NCBI RefSeq assembly: GCF_009914755.1
Contig: NC_060936.1
Reading direction: 5' to 3' (one strand)
Length of the DNA: 64,000 nucleotides
DNA from: the human T2T-CHM13v2.0 reference genome, Homo sapiens
Numbering within the stretch: position 1 is the first letter of the stretch; each line of letters opens with the position of its first letter. The position numbers were made by a program, and so were the translations under genes. The notes beneath the pieces are model-generated. The model was not told the origin of the DNA, did no database searches, and was given only the letters and a program-made list of their open reading frames with translations. Positions 1 through 12,150 of this stretch are shown here, in pieces.

Positions 1-245
1 CCCATACTGTTCTTGTGGTAGTGAATAAATCTCACGATATCTGTTGATTTTATGAGGGGTTTCCTCTTTTGCTTGGTTCTCATTCTCTCTTGTCTACTGC
101 TATGTAAGACCTGCCCTTCACCTTCTACCATGATTGTGAGGCCACCCCAGCCAATGTGGAAGTGTGAGTCCATTAAACCTCTTTTTTAAATTAGCCAATC
201 TCAGGTATGTCTTCTTTGTGAGCAGTGTGAAGATGAACTAATACA
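1..245 (+). mobile_element. ERVL-MaLR LTR (THE1/MST class), 3' portion; 5' part lies outside the window
   Basis: CCATGATTGTGAGGCC..CCCAGCCA, GTCCATTAAACCTCTTT and terminal ACTAATACA match the THE1/MSTA LTR end. Confidence 0.85.
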
Positions 246-1013
246 CTGACGTATTCATTCATTTATCTATCATTTAATGAACATGTATTAAGAACCTAGT
301 AAATGTCATGCACTTTACCAGGTGCATTGTCCATCTGGTTTCTTTCTAACTTTTAGGCTTTTATCTTGCCATATGTCCACTCCATTCTACATGACAGCCA
401 TCCTCACCCCCACTTGCAGTTCCCCTGATATGCCCAGCTCAATCACACACCCATATCTTCCCTATACTGTTTCTGTGACAAGGATGCCCTTTACATCTCA
501 TTTATGTAGCTCAATGCTTCAACAACATATGTGATCTTTGAAATGAAATGGAGGATTTTTAAAAATACATATTCCAGATAACCAATCTTTATTATTTTGA
601 TTCACAGACCAGTAGATCTGTGGTGGGACTTATGACTGTCATTATTTCTAAAAGGTTTCACAGGAAATTGAGATAATAATTTCATTTTGAAACATTTGAC
701 CAATTAATACCTCTTTAATCTTTAAGGCTAAAATTAGGTACCACTCCTCATTAAAAACATTAGTTGACCTCATGTTTACTTAAGTGACCATTTTTGCATT
801 CAATAATGGCACTTGAGCTCCTTGAACTGTGTTTATATTTTAGTTTTGTTTTTGTTTTTTTTTTTGAATTTTTTTCCTAAACTGTGAGGAACTCAATTAT
901 CTCTTCATTTTTATCCTAATTGATATGCAGTTCCAGGCATAAGAAGGCTGTGTCAATATTTGTTAAATGGATGAATAAGCCTACAATATATTTTTATATA
1001 CCTTAAGAATATC

Positions 1014-1055
<42 letters not shown>

Positions 1056-1223
1056 CTTTAAGTTTTAGGGTACATGTGCACAACGTGCAGGTTTGTTACA
1101 TATGTATACATGTGCCATGTTGGTGTGCTGCACCCATTAACTCGTCATTTACATTAGGTATATCTCCTAATGCTATCCCTCCCCCCTCCCCCCATCCCAC
1201 AACAGGCCTGGGTGTGTGATGTT
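1014..1223 (-). mobile_element. Very short 5'-truncated L1PA 3' end; tail decayed to (TTA)n
   Basis: TATACTTTAAGTTTTAGGGTACATGTGCACAACGTGCAGG...CCTAATGCTATCCCTCCCCCC is the reverse complement of the L1PA 3' UTR; (TTA)n at ~1015-1053. Confidence 0.95.
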
Positions 1224-1509
1224 TAAAAAATAATGAAGGCTTTTCAGTATCTAGCCAAATATTACCAACTTTTGTGGAATAGAAGTACAAAGCTCACCAA
1301 GATATCACATGTAGTATAAAATCAATCATTTATTTTTACTACATACTAACTATGCTTTTATGAGGGTAGAATTGAGTTACAAAGGAAAAACTTCATACTA
1401 CTCATGTTATTTCATTTTCATATGCATCTTAACACATTAAGTATACTATCTTTTACTCTCCAGTTTATTTGCTTGGAGTGTCTTAATATCCATGTTAAAA
1501 TTCAGGCCA

Positions 1510-2300
1510 CAGACTGAAAGACTAATGCAGTGTACATAAAGGACAATGAATTAGCAACCAGCATATATAAAGAAGTAAAAATCAACAATAAAAAGGCAAA
1601 TAACCCAAACCCAATAGTAATAAGGGAAATTTACCTTAAAAACCAGAATGAGATGTCAGTTCACACATTTAAATTAAAAATCAAGACCAGGCACATGGCT
1701 CACACCTGTAGTCTCAGCACTTTGAGAAGTCGAGGTGGGAGAATTGCTTGAGCCTTAGAGTTAAAGACCAGCTTGGGCAACATAGAGAGACCTCATCTCT
1801 AAAAAAATAAAAAAATAAAAAATAAAAGGAAATCTGTTTTTTTTTGTTTGTTTGTTTTGTTTTTCAGCAAAAGTATACATCAAAACATCCAGCAATGTCA
1901 AGTGCTAGAGATAATGTGCACTCCTAGGAACTTCCGTACACTTTGGATGGCAGTGTAAAGTGTCACAACCATTCTGGAGAACAATTTGGAAAGGTCCAGA
2001 AAACTTGAATATGTTCCTATCTCACAACTCAGCATTTCCACTGCTTAAGAAAATTTTGCTCATGTACACAAGGAGATATAAACAAAATATACAAACCAGT
2101 ATTGTTTATAACAACAAATTTTGAAATGCCATCAATAATAGCATGGATAAACAATTTGAAATATATTACACAAGACTGGACACTCTAAAACAGTTACACA
2201 AATCACCTAGTGTCAATCCTGTCAATGTGCACAAACTTCACAAACATATTAAATAAAATCAAATTGCAAAAATTTCATACTATGATAGCACAGGTAAAAA
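1510..2300 (+). mobile_element. Old L1M (ME/MC-like) ORF2 end and 3' region, interrupted by an Alu monomer
   Basis: Degenerate L1 motifs (ACAACCATTCTGGAGAACAATTTGG, ACTCAGCATTTCCACT, CCAGTATTGTTTATAACA). Confidence 0.6.
1684..1827 (+). mobile_element. Alu monomer (FLAM-like)
   Basis: GGCACATGGCTCACACCTGTAGTCTCAGCACTTTG...GACCAGCTTGGGCAACATAGAGAGACCTCATCTCT plus A-rich tail; single arm only. Confidence 0.85.
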
Positions 2301-2939
2301 TGATAATGAATCTATATGCAGAGAAGGAAATAAAACTGCTTTCCAGCAGCGTATACAACAGAGAGTCAAATTGATTTTAAATCTCCTTGATATATTTTAA
2401 GTTACATGTATATAGGCCAAATAAATTTTTGTGACATCTCCAAGCCATCAATACTATTTTCAGCAGCACAAAAAACAAGCTATTTTATGAAGAATCCCAT
2501 CAAAGCTATGTGTTTTCCGTTCTCCCTCAGCTTTGCTGTGAAAAGTAGGACTCTCCAAGCCATAAAACTTTTATTACAACAGTTTTTATTTTTGCAACAC
2601 CTAAGTTGTTCAAGAAAATTAAAACCTAAATATCAAGTCAAGTCATTCACAGAAAAAATTAAGAAAAGCATCTTGTGTGTGTGTGCAGAGAGATTGACTG
2701 TTTTATTCTTTTTGGAAAGTTAATTACCCATTTATATTTAACTAAACCTAGAAATTAAAAAAAAAGTTATACTCTTTTAGTAAGTTTTCTTTGTCAAAAG
2801 CAGTGAAAATTATGTTTCTATACATTATTATGATTATGTTAATATTTATTAATAAACATATTAATGTTTATTATAGAGTAAACAAATGCTTTATAGTAAC
2901 AAGAATTAAGAGATGAACATCAATTTACTGATTTTTGAA

Positions 2940-3309
2940 TTTTGGCTGGCCTTGCGACATCCTTTAACAAATGGAATGTACCAGAAACTATGTTGTATAA
3001 GTTCAGGAGCTATGGTCTCTAGAGGCTTTGCAGTATTTGCCTTTACTACTCTTAGAAGGCTGCTCTAACATCACTAGACAAGGAAGTTGGTATAGTCTAC
3101 TAGAAGATAAGTGACCACTTGGAGAACTAAGTTGTCACAAAGGAGACAGCATCAACTGCTGGACAGGTGAGTGAGGCCACCTAGTACCTTACTGCCTAGT
3201 TTACCTCCAGGAGTCATGTGAGGGAACCCAAGTAAAGCAGCAGGAGGATCACCTGTTTAAACCATTGAGTTTTGGTGTCGTTACTTTTGACCAATAGTTA
3301 ACAGATACA
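2940..3309 (+). mobile_element. MLT1 (G/H-like) 5' LTR, partial
   Basis: GTGAGTGAGGCCA, TGTTTAAACCATTGAGTTTTGG and terminal AATAGTTAACAGATACA resemble old MLT1 LTR ends. Confidence 0.65.
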
Positions 3310-4828
3310 GAGATAGTACCTAAAAGTTGGGAGCTACTATAACAAAACTTTAAAATAATTGCATCATTGACATTGGGACTGGGTGGCAGGAAGAACCCAG
3401 AGAAGCAGTGATAAATCAGTTAGCAAAGGCTAGGAAAATGGCAAAAGGGCTAGGGTTTTTATTAAGCCTTCTGAAATATTTAAATTGGTGCCTTATAAAT
3501 TTTCTCAGTTTTCCAAATGAGATCTAAGAATCTTGAGGGCATTTCCTTCAGCAATCTTATACACAGACCAAGATAGGGATCTGCTGCAAAATTAATTATT
3601 GATGTGGCTTTTGGAATGTGCAGTGAATTAGGGAGCCAGCAAAGTTTTAAGAGAGTGGTGTCAACAAAACCCCAGCTATCTTGAATTTAAAGATAAGAGA
3701 TTGCTAACACTGAAAAGAGACTTCTGTGCTTACAACTTGCAATGGGCAGAAAGCAGACAGAGAGAGATCCTCAGCTGCAAAGAGGGGCCACTTCTTATTA
3801 AAATGAAAAGACGTCTCATAAAGGAGAGCCAACAGCCCAATAGATGCTACCAAGAGTCAAGGAGAACAAAGGATCAAGGAATCACTCTCAAGCAGAAATG
3901 GATCCTATTCTAGCAAGACCCTCAATGAATAAGAGAAGCTGGTGGCACATACTCAGCTTGTTTTCAGAATTACTGTGTTGAGTAATTGCTATGTTACTGT
4001 ATTAGGGTTCTCTAGAAGGAAGAACCAATAGGATATATGTATATATGAAAGGGAATTTATTAAGGAGAATTGACTCACTTGATCACAAGGTAAAGTCCCA
4101 CAATAGGTTGTGTTCAAGTTGAGTAGCAAGGAAGCCAGTAGTGGATCAGTCTGAGTCCCAAAACTTCAAAAATAGGGAAACCGACAGTGCAGCCTTCAGT
4201 CTGTGGCTGAAGGCCTGAGAGCCCCTGGGAAACCACCAATGTAAGTCCAAGAGTCTAAAGCTGAAGAACCTGGAGTCTGACATTTGAGGGCAGGAAGCAT
4301 CCAGCACAGGAGAAAGACGAAGCCCAGAAGACTCAGCAACTCTGCTCATTCTACCTTCTGCCTGCTTTATTCTAGCCGTCCTGGCAGCTGATTAGATGGT
4401 GCCCACCCAGATTAAGGTGGGGTCTGCCTCTCCCACTACACATACTCAAATGTTAATCTCCTTTGGCAACACCTTCACAGACACACCCAGGAACAATACT
4501 TTGCTTCATTCAATCCAATCAAGTTGACACTCAATATTAACCGTCACAGTTACCCATTTTTTAGTGGAAATGTCTATTGTGGTAAAATTGTCCCTTTCTT
4601 ATGTTGTATCAGGCATGTAAGAGCAGAGGGTATACAGTGAATAGTGTTACTTGTTTCTTCTGTTTATAAGTCTCTAGATCAAGAGGAGCTGCACTTAAGG
4701 GCCTCTACTCATACCTAAGCCAGATATAGATCAGATAGTGGACTTTTAGCCTGATTCTGTGATTAAGTGACCATTTGGGACACTTTCCATGTAGGAGAGA
4801 AGTAAATAATTGTGGCCAGAGGGTACAA
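3310..4828 (+). mobile_element. MLT1 internal sequence, interrupted by an MLT2 LTR
   Basis: Starts GAGATAGTACCTAAAAGTTGGGAGCTACTATAACAAA (MaLR-int start) and ends TTCCATGTAGGAGAGAAGTAAATAATTGTGGCCAGAGGG (MaLR-int end), between two related LTRs. Confidence 0.6.
3998..4548 (-). mobile_element. ERVL solo LTR, MLT2A (likely MLT2A2)
   Basis: TGTATTAGGGTTCTCTAGA...CAATCCAATCAAGTTGACACTCAATATTAACCGTCACA; exact 5-bp TSD GTTAC at 3993-3997 and 4549-4553. Confidence 0.92.
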
Positions 4829-5287
4829 TACAGTAGATTAGATACGGCCACATTTTCCTTATACCTGTTCCCATCAAGAGAGTTAATCTTTTTCCTCCAC
4901 TACTAGAACATAAGTTAACCTCAAAACTTGCTTTGACTAATAGAAGGTGACTCCCAGGCCTTGACCTTATGAATATTTGCAGCTGCCATTTTCAACTGCC
5001 CTGAGAATACCATGTCAGAAGCCAGTCAAGAGTACTGGATGATGGAAATCTACATGGAGGAGAATGAAAGTGTCTCAACCAAAATCAGCACTGACTGAAA
5101 AGTAAGGCCATCTAGGATGTTCCAGCCCCAGCTAAACTTCACCTGAATGCATGAGTGTACCCAGGAGAAATGTCAGAAGAACCACCAAGTAACCTACAGA
5201 CAAATAAAAAATAATCAAGTGCCATTTTTTTTTTGTAAGCAACTGAGCTTTGGAGATGTTTGTTATGCAGCAATAGTTAGTCTAACA
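4829..5287 (+). mobile_element. MLT1 (G/H-like) 3' LTR
   Basis: CCCATCAAGAG, CTTGCTTTGACTAATAGAA, GGCCATCTAGGATGTTCCAGCCCCAG, TTTGTTATGCAGCAATAG. Confidence 0.7.
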
Positions 5288-5498
5288 TGACTGTCATTCT
5301 AAAAATCAATGCTAATCATTGCAAATGTTAATACCAATAATTAATACAAATGACAGCTTTCTGACAAGAGTCGAGTATATCTCCAAAACCTAAGTTTCTT
5401 AATGTTGAATTAGAGTTCTTAATGAATAAACATATAGTCTTCTAAGTTAGTAAATGTACTTCAAATAGAAATCCGTTTTTTGAAACTAACTATATTGC

Positions 5499-5893
5499 TG
5501 TTGTGAATTAAATTGTGTCCCCAAGAATTCATGTTGAAGCCCTAACCCCATTGATACTGTATTTGGGGATAGGGGACTTTAGGAAGGGAATTAAGGTTAA
5601 ATGAGATTATGTGGGTGGAGTTTTAATCTGATAATTCTGGTGACCATCATAAGAAGAGGAAGAGGCACCAGCAATCTCTCTTTCTTCACAAGTACACAGA
5701 GAAGAGGCCATGTGAGGACACAGTGGGGAAGTAAATATCTGCAAATTAAGAAGGGAAGCCTCACCAGAAGCCAGCCCTGACAGGCCATGGATCTTAGAGT
5801 TACAGCTTTCAGAACTGTGAGAAAATAAATTTCTGTTATTAAAGCCACCCAGTTTGTGGTATTTTGTCATGGTAGCCCTAGAAGATGAATGCA
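5499..5893 (+). mobile_element. MLT1A/B-class solo LTR
   Basis: AATTGTGTCCCC..ATTCATGTTGAAGCCCTAACCCC...AGAACTGTGAGAAAATAAATTTCTGTT...GGTAGCCCTAGAAGATGAATGCA; flanks ATTGC/ATCAC. Confidence 0.88.
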
Positions 5894-6649
5894 ATCACTT
5901 ATTTACTTTACTTTACATTTGGATTTTCATTTACTCCTGGAGAATTAAATAGTCATGAAGAAGGACTGAGATAAAATGTTCTGCTACTATTGTAGTTTTC
6001 TTCTGCTGCTTTGTATTTCCTGCCAATTTCCCCCATATATTTGATGATAAGTTACGGAGGGCATAAGAGTTCTTTAGTACACTCTTCTAATTCTGATTAT
6101 ATACCCATTGTGACAAAATAGCACTTTCAGTAAATGCCTTTGGCTTTGATTTTGATTGCATTCATGTTTGTAAGGAAAAAAAAATCACACCTAAACCAAA
6201 TTACACTTGACCCTCCCCACCAAATTGTCCATATATTCTATACACATCATTTTACTTTGTGTATTAAACAAACACGGTAATTCTTATGCACACTGAAGTT
6301 TGATAAACACTAATCTGAGAAAGAAACAAACTAAATGTCTCTTCACAGATGTTCAAGTAATCAAACCATTCTGCATTTAGACTAACCCTCAAATCATGAA
6401 GGAGTGCAAGGATGAGTGAAGAATTTCAAAATGTTTCTGTCTGCCTGCAATGTTAATTCCATACTGTTTCAGTTTTAATCCTGTATTAGTTTTTAAAATA
6501 TCAGTAGTTTGTATAGTGAGTTATTGAAGTGCCTACAATGAGAGAATAGATTCTAAAAACATCTCCTGAGTTAAGACACAACTGCATCAAGTTGTGATTC
6601 CTACATTCCTTTGTTAGCTTTTCCTTATTGTATTTTTGTCCAACATGTT

Positions 6650-7573
6650 TTAGAGCTTTACTGATTCATATAAATTAAATGGTCTACCTTTTACTCTGTT
6701 GCTGTCTTAGAGCTGCTAGCCTGTTCTTAATTGCTTACTCTGCAAATCCCCATTGATTTCAAGAGTGTCCTAGAAACTTGAGTCAACATAGACTTGAACT
6801 TTCCCACACTGTACTCTCAATAAAGTCAGTTCACTTGAAGAGAGCTTTGGAGCGCTCTGGTCTAATGGTTTGCTTCTCCCCTTGGGAAAACCTGAGCCAC
6901 TGCCCCAGAGGTGGGAAGATGACAACGGACCACTTCCCTTGGAGTGATCCCCTGTGCTTTAGGAGTAGGGTACTGGGTGAAGATGATAGTTTCTGGTTTT
7001 CTTGGTTTTTATCTACCAGCTTAGAATCTCTGCTCCATGAGCAAGCTGTGACAAGGACTGTATATATGAATATGGGGCCCTGTTATTCTCATGTGTCTTG
7101 CCTGGTTAGAGCATCCACCCATGAGTGAGGGCTAAGTAGAGGAAGGCAGCTCTCAACCTCTTGGCTGCACTTGTTTAGAATTTAGTTCGCCAAGACAGAG
7201 CTTGGGAGGATGAGACATGCTGTGGCCTTCTATCCTTGAGGAGACAGTGTAGTCTTCAATGCAGTTCTGGGGTGAGTTGAAGCCTCATCGTTTGGCCACA
7301 TCTGCCCAGGTAGAGATTCCATCATGCTGAACTGGATGGAGGTGGAGAAACAAGGGCCAGGTAGTGGCTCAGGTTCCTCAAATGCTCATTGTTCTCACTA
7401 ATATTTAGTAGATTTTATTGAATATATACTTCTTCATTTACTGTATGTCCTTAGGATATTTTCCAGTGACTTTAAATAATTGGCCTTTTTGTTTTTTTAT
7501 ACTTCTTACCATAATGATTATTTCACTGAGGAATGGGTTCACAGAACAGCTCACACTGTCATTCTGAAAGTCC
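6650..7573 (-). mobile_element. Old L1M 5'-end-like fragment
   Basis: CTGTATGTCCTTAGGATATTTTCCAG and CAGCTCACACTGTCATTCTGAAAGT resemble the reverse complement of L1M 5' termini; left boundary uncertain. Confidence 0.5.
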
Positions 7574-7574
7574 T

Positions 7575-8400
7575 GTTTCTAGTTTTTGACTGTTACATAT
7601 GAAGCTGCTAAGAACATTATTATACAAGTCTTTACTATGGAAATATGATTTTCTCACCCTTGGGTAAGTATACAAGAGCAGGAATGCCTAGGTCATATGG
7701 CAAGTTTGCATTTAACTTTTTAGGAAATTGTCAACCTACTTTCCAAAGGGTTTTCAACATTTTACATTCCCATTAGGAGTATATAAGGATTCCAGCTACT
7801 CCACAGGATTTTCCATACTTAATATGGTAAGACGTTTTACCTTTAGACAATCTAGTAGGTATATAGTAGTATCTCAGTGTTGCATTAATTTGAATGTCCC
7901 TAATGACAAATAATGTTGAGAATATTTTCATGTGCTTATTTGCCATCTGTATATCTTTGGTAAAATGTTTCTTCAAACCTTTAGTCATTTTGTTAGTCTT
8001 TTTTTTTTTTTTTTTTTGACACACTCTCACTGTTGCCCAGGCTGGCGTGCAGTGGCACGATCTCAGCTCACTGCAACCTCTGCCTCCTGGGTTCAAGTGA
8101 TTATCCTGCCTCAGCTTCCTGAGTACCTGGGATTACAGACGTGCACCACCACACTCAGCTAATTTTTGTATTTTTAGTAGAGACAGGGTTTTGCCATCTC
8201 GGCTAGGCTGGTCTCAAACTCCTGACCTCGGGCGACCCGCCCAACTCAGCCTCCCAAAGTGCTGGGATTACAGGTATGAGCCAACGGCGCCCAGCCTAGT
8301 CTTTTGTTTGTTTGTTTGTTTTGTTTGTTTGTTTTTGTTTTTAAAAACAAACAAAAAAAGTGTATTTTTCCTTACTAATGAGTTTTTAGAATTCAGTGTG
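7575..8400 (-). mobile_element. Old L1M ORF2 3' fragment, interrupted by an Alu
   Basis: TTTTACATTCCCATTAGGAGTATATAAG, GTAGTATCTCAGTGTTG, TTTTCATGTGCTTATTTGCCATCTGTATATC; ORF 7773..8096 includes ANKHMKIFSTLFVIRDIQINATLRYYYIP (ORF2 C-terminal like). Confidence 0.8.
7999..8296 (-). mobile_element. AluS (Sx/Sz-like), full length
   Basis: Dimeric Alu with poly-T; TSD TAGTCTTTT starting at 7994 and 8297. Confidence 0.95.
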
Positions 8401-9494
8401 TTATTTTTTGTTCCATAGTCATGTTAATTAGGTAGATTGCTTTTCAGTGTGAGTGATGTAGTGTGACATGATAAGTAATGTCAGTATGACTTGTATGTAG
8501 CGTATAGTTCAAAATGTTATTTTTGTTTAATTAAAATGTCTTTCTTTTTTAATTAGTTTAGCTCACTTACTTATAAAAAATTTTAAAAAATACACAGAAG
8601 TAAGTAGGAAATTCAGGTATACAAGTTTATAGAAAATGACTTATAATGGAAAGTAATTTTCCTCTGTCCTTTCTAATCCTCCGCATTCTCCGGCTTTTTG
8701 TATAAGTTATTTTATTTATGATTTTAGTTGTTCTGTGAGGTGTTGTGTACCTGTAAATTATAGATTTAGATATAACTTTATCTTTAATGACATATTTCCT
8801 TCTGACTTATCTATTCACTTTCTGCCATGATGAGAATTTAGCTAACATAAAAAGATTCATGAATATTTACAATTACACAACTTTTGATTAGCATAGTTAT
8901 AGTTATGAGACTTAAACTCCTATTTCTTGACATGCCTAATTCTTATGATATTTCTTTACTAAACGAAGAGTTTTCCATTTCTAAACTCTATCAATTTTAC
9001 CTGAAAATGTAGTCAGGTTTGGTAACATATTTAGCTTCTGGCAAAATGGACAAACGTATCCTCTTCTCCTATCATCCACCAACTTCTCAAAGTGTTTTCT
9101 AGTTTGCATCTACAAATTATTACTTTCTTGTATAGATATTTGTGGCAGGGTTGGGTATTTCTGACTGCCTTTCTTTTTATCATTAGGAGAATACAAGAAA
9201 AATAAAGCATGCACATTGTTTACTCAGTCATTAATATCTTCTAGTTTTTTAATAATTCTTTGTTACTTGGGACACATTTCTAAATAAATTCTTCTTGAAG
9301 AGTTTCTTAAAGACTTTTTTTTCTCATTATGTGACCAGTAACAAAGTGCATAGCTCTCTCTCTCTGAACTTCACTATTTTATTGAGCTATATGCTGTTTC
9401 TTGGATTAAAGTTCTTCCTCTTCCTTGATTCACTTATTTTAGTGGAGTAATTCATCAAATAATAAAAGGTGAATGGGAGCTACAACACTACACA

Positions 9495-10000
9495 TTATTT
9501 TGGTTATGAATAAAAAATATTCAAACTCAAATTGACTAAAGGCTAAAAGCTCAAGAAAATTCCAAGAATACAATAATTGTATTGAAGGTCTTAATAATGT
9601 CATCACAGCTCAGTCTATGTCTCAATTTTACTTTCAAATTTGGTCTTGTCTCTTTAAAACAGTCTATCTTCCTCTGATAGAAGCAGAATGATCTGGACTT
9701 ACATAATTACAGCTTAAGTCCAGAGAAGGCTTTTCTTTATATTAGTAACTACCCTACTATGGAAAACCTACTAAGCATGCCTCTCATGGCTGAAAGGGGT
9801 CATGTACCCATTTCTGGTCCAATCAATATGGTCAAATGAGGGGGATATGTTGAGTGCTTCTGACAGGCTTATACCCACTCATGCAGTTAGGAATTGTGCA
9901 TGCCACCACTGTAACTACTTGAATGGAGCTTAGAGAAAGAGTTCTTAAATAAGAATATGTATGCTAACATTAGAACAAGAAGGAAATGAATGCTGAGAAG
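9495..10000 (-). mobile_element. Ancient MLT1-like LTR remnant
   Basis: GGTCATGTACCCATTTCTGGTCCAATCAATATGGTCA resembles old MLT1 (K-N) LTRs; very diverged. Confidence 0.45.
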
Positions 10001-10044
10001 ATAATATAATAAATTCCCTCTTCGGGGGCAAGAATTTTTTATAT

Positions 10045-10430
10045 GTCTGCATTTGCAGTTTTGCTATGGTAATAAATAGTCTTCAAATTTCAGTGACTTA
10101 CAACAACATGAATTTATTTCTGGCTCACATTGCATGAGGGCTATGGATCAGCTTGAGATCTGCTTGATTCAATATGTCTCAGCTTGGCTTAACTTGGTTC
10201 CATATATTTTATTCCAAGACCCAGACTGACAGAGTAGCTCCTGTCTAGGAGTCACATTCTCAAGGCAGAAGGCAGGAATTGGAAGGGTGATGTCAAACCT
10301 AATCATGCAATAATCTTAAAAGCTTCTAGATATGATCTGGCAAATATCATGCCCATTTATATCCCAAAGCATGTCACCTGCTCAAAACCTGTGGTCAGTG
10401 CCATGATGACATATGCAGAGACATATGCTT
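10045..10430 (-). mobile_element. Ancient ERVL/MaLR LTR remnant
   Basis: AAATTTCAGTGACTTACAACAACATGAATTTATTTCTGGCTCAC, GACCCAGACTGACAGAGTAGC, CTTAAAAGCTTCT. Confidence 0.55.
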
Positions 10431-10745
10431 CAAGTATGTAAACACGTTTTTGCTAGACAACATAAGTATCCTTTATTTTAATTCTTTGTGTTACACTTTC
10501 TCTCCTATCTTTGCTAATTTGCAATGAATATAGTCTATTCATTGTTCTTTTCTAAGAGGGATTACTCCTATATCTTTACATTATATTGCCTAAATTTTAT
10601 CTCTTAGCTATAAACTACAAAACTAAAACAGTATCCTTTAATCTCCTCCTGTGAAAAATTATGTCCTTCCCTGTGTGTCCAGCCATCCCAATTTTTAGCA
10701 CACTATGAGATATTTTTGCCTACTGTTTTTCAATGTATTGGCTTT

Positions 10746-11668
10746 AGAACTTCCCCAACCTAGCAAGACAGGCCAACATTGAAACTCAGGAAATACAAAG
10801 AACACCACTAAGATGCTCCTTGAGATGAGCAACCCCAACTCACATAATTGTCAGATTCACCAAGGTTGAAATGAAGGAAAAAATGTTAAGGGCAGCTAGA
10901 GAGAAAGGTTGGATTACCCACAAAGGGAAGCCCATCAGACTAACAGCAGATCTCTCTGCAGAAGCCCTACAAGCCAGAAGAGAGTTGGGGCCAATATTTA
11001 ACATTCTTAAAGAAAAGAATTTTCAACCCAGAATTTCATATCCAGCCAAATTGAGCTTCATAAGCGAAGAAGAAATAAAATATTTTACAGACAAGCAAAT
11101 GCTGAGAGATTTTGTCACCACCAGGCCTGCCTTACAAGAGCTCCTGAAGGAAGTACTAAATATGGAAAGGAAAAACCTGTACCAGCCACTGCAAAAACAT
11201 AACAAATTATAAAGACCATCGAAACTGTGAAAAAGCTGCATCAACTAACAGGCAAAATAAGCAGCTAGCATCATAATGACAGGAACAAATTCACACATAA
11301 CAATATTAACCTTAAATATAAATGGGCTAAATGCCCCAATTAAAAGACACAGACTGGCAAATTGGATAAAGAGTCAAGACCCATCAGTGTGCTGTATTCA
11401 GGAGACCCATCTCATGTGCAAAGACACACATAGGCTCAAAATAAAGGGATGGAGGAATATTTACCAAGCAAATGGAAAGCAAAAAAAAGCAGGGGTTGCA
11501 ATCCTAGTCTCTGATAAAACAGACTTTAAACCAACAAAGATAAAAAAAGACAAAGAAGGGCATTATGTAATGGTAAAAGGATCAATGCAACAAGAAGAGC
11601 TAACTATCCTAAATGCATATGCACCCAATACAGGAGCACCGAGATTCATAAAGTAAGTTTTTAGAGAC
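10746..11668 (+). mobile_element. L1PA internal fragment: ORF1 C-terminal half, inter-ORF spacer and ORF2 endonuclease N-terminus (non-functional)
   Basis: ORF 10871..11212 is the ORF1p C-terminus (KEKMLRAAREKG...FQPRISYPAKLSF); ORF 11276..11656 is the ORF2p start (MTGTNSHITILTLNINGLNAPIKRHRL...CCIQETHL) ending in a premature stop. Confidence 0.97.
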
Positions 11669-12150
11669 TTTTATTTGTAAAATTAAAATACTTACATTGT
11701 ATTTTGCTATCCGTTGATATAATTATTAAAATTTAATATGTTTACCTGTACTCAGAATTGTTTCCTAGTCCTTTAATTCTTTAACTGTTGGTTCATTTAT
11801 ATAATATATATATGTTTAATATTTATATATTTCAAAATGTTTTTCTGTTTTCTTTTTACGTGAATGATGCTCTTATTTAGAAAATATATTTAATATGTTT
11901 CCCCAAACATTCTTTAGATATTGATTCATGTTTTTAGCACTTTAATGTTGTAATGGAGTATTCTCAATTTAACATGATTGTTGTATTTTTATGATTGGTA
12001 CCTTTGCCAATTTATTTCTCATTCTCAGGTGTTGTGTATTTTATTTTTCTTGACATATGATAAACTTTCCATCTAAATAGTCAGGACTTTCATTTCAGTA
12101 TATTGTTCCTTCTATATTTTCTATTATTTTTGTTCTAGCCTCCTTGTCAT

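Noticed and set aside
1001-1016. Similarity of CCTTAAGAATATCTTT to the L1 target CCTTAAGAATCTTT at 44286
   Set aside because: Short AT-rich match resembling endonuclease target preference; no extended homology between the two loci.
10871-11656. ORF1p/ORF2p ORFs as functional genes
   Set aside because: Truncated on both sides, premature stop, no promoter; a retrotransposon fossil.
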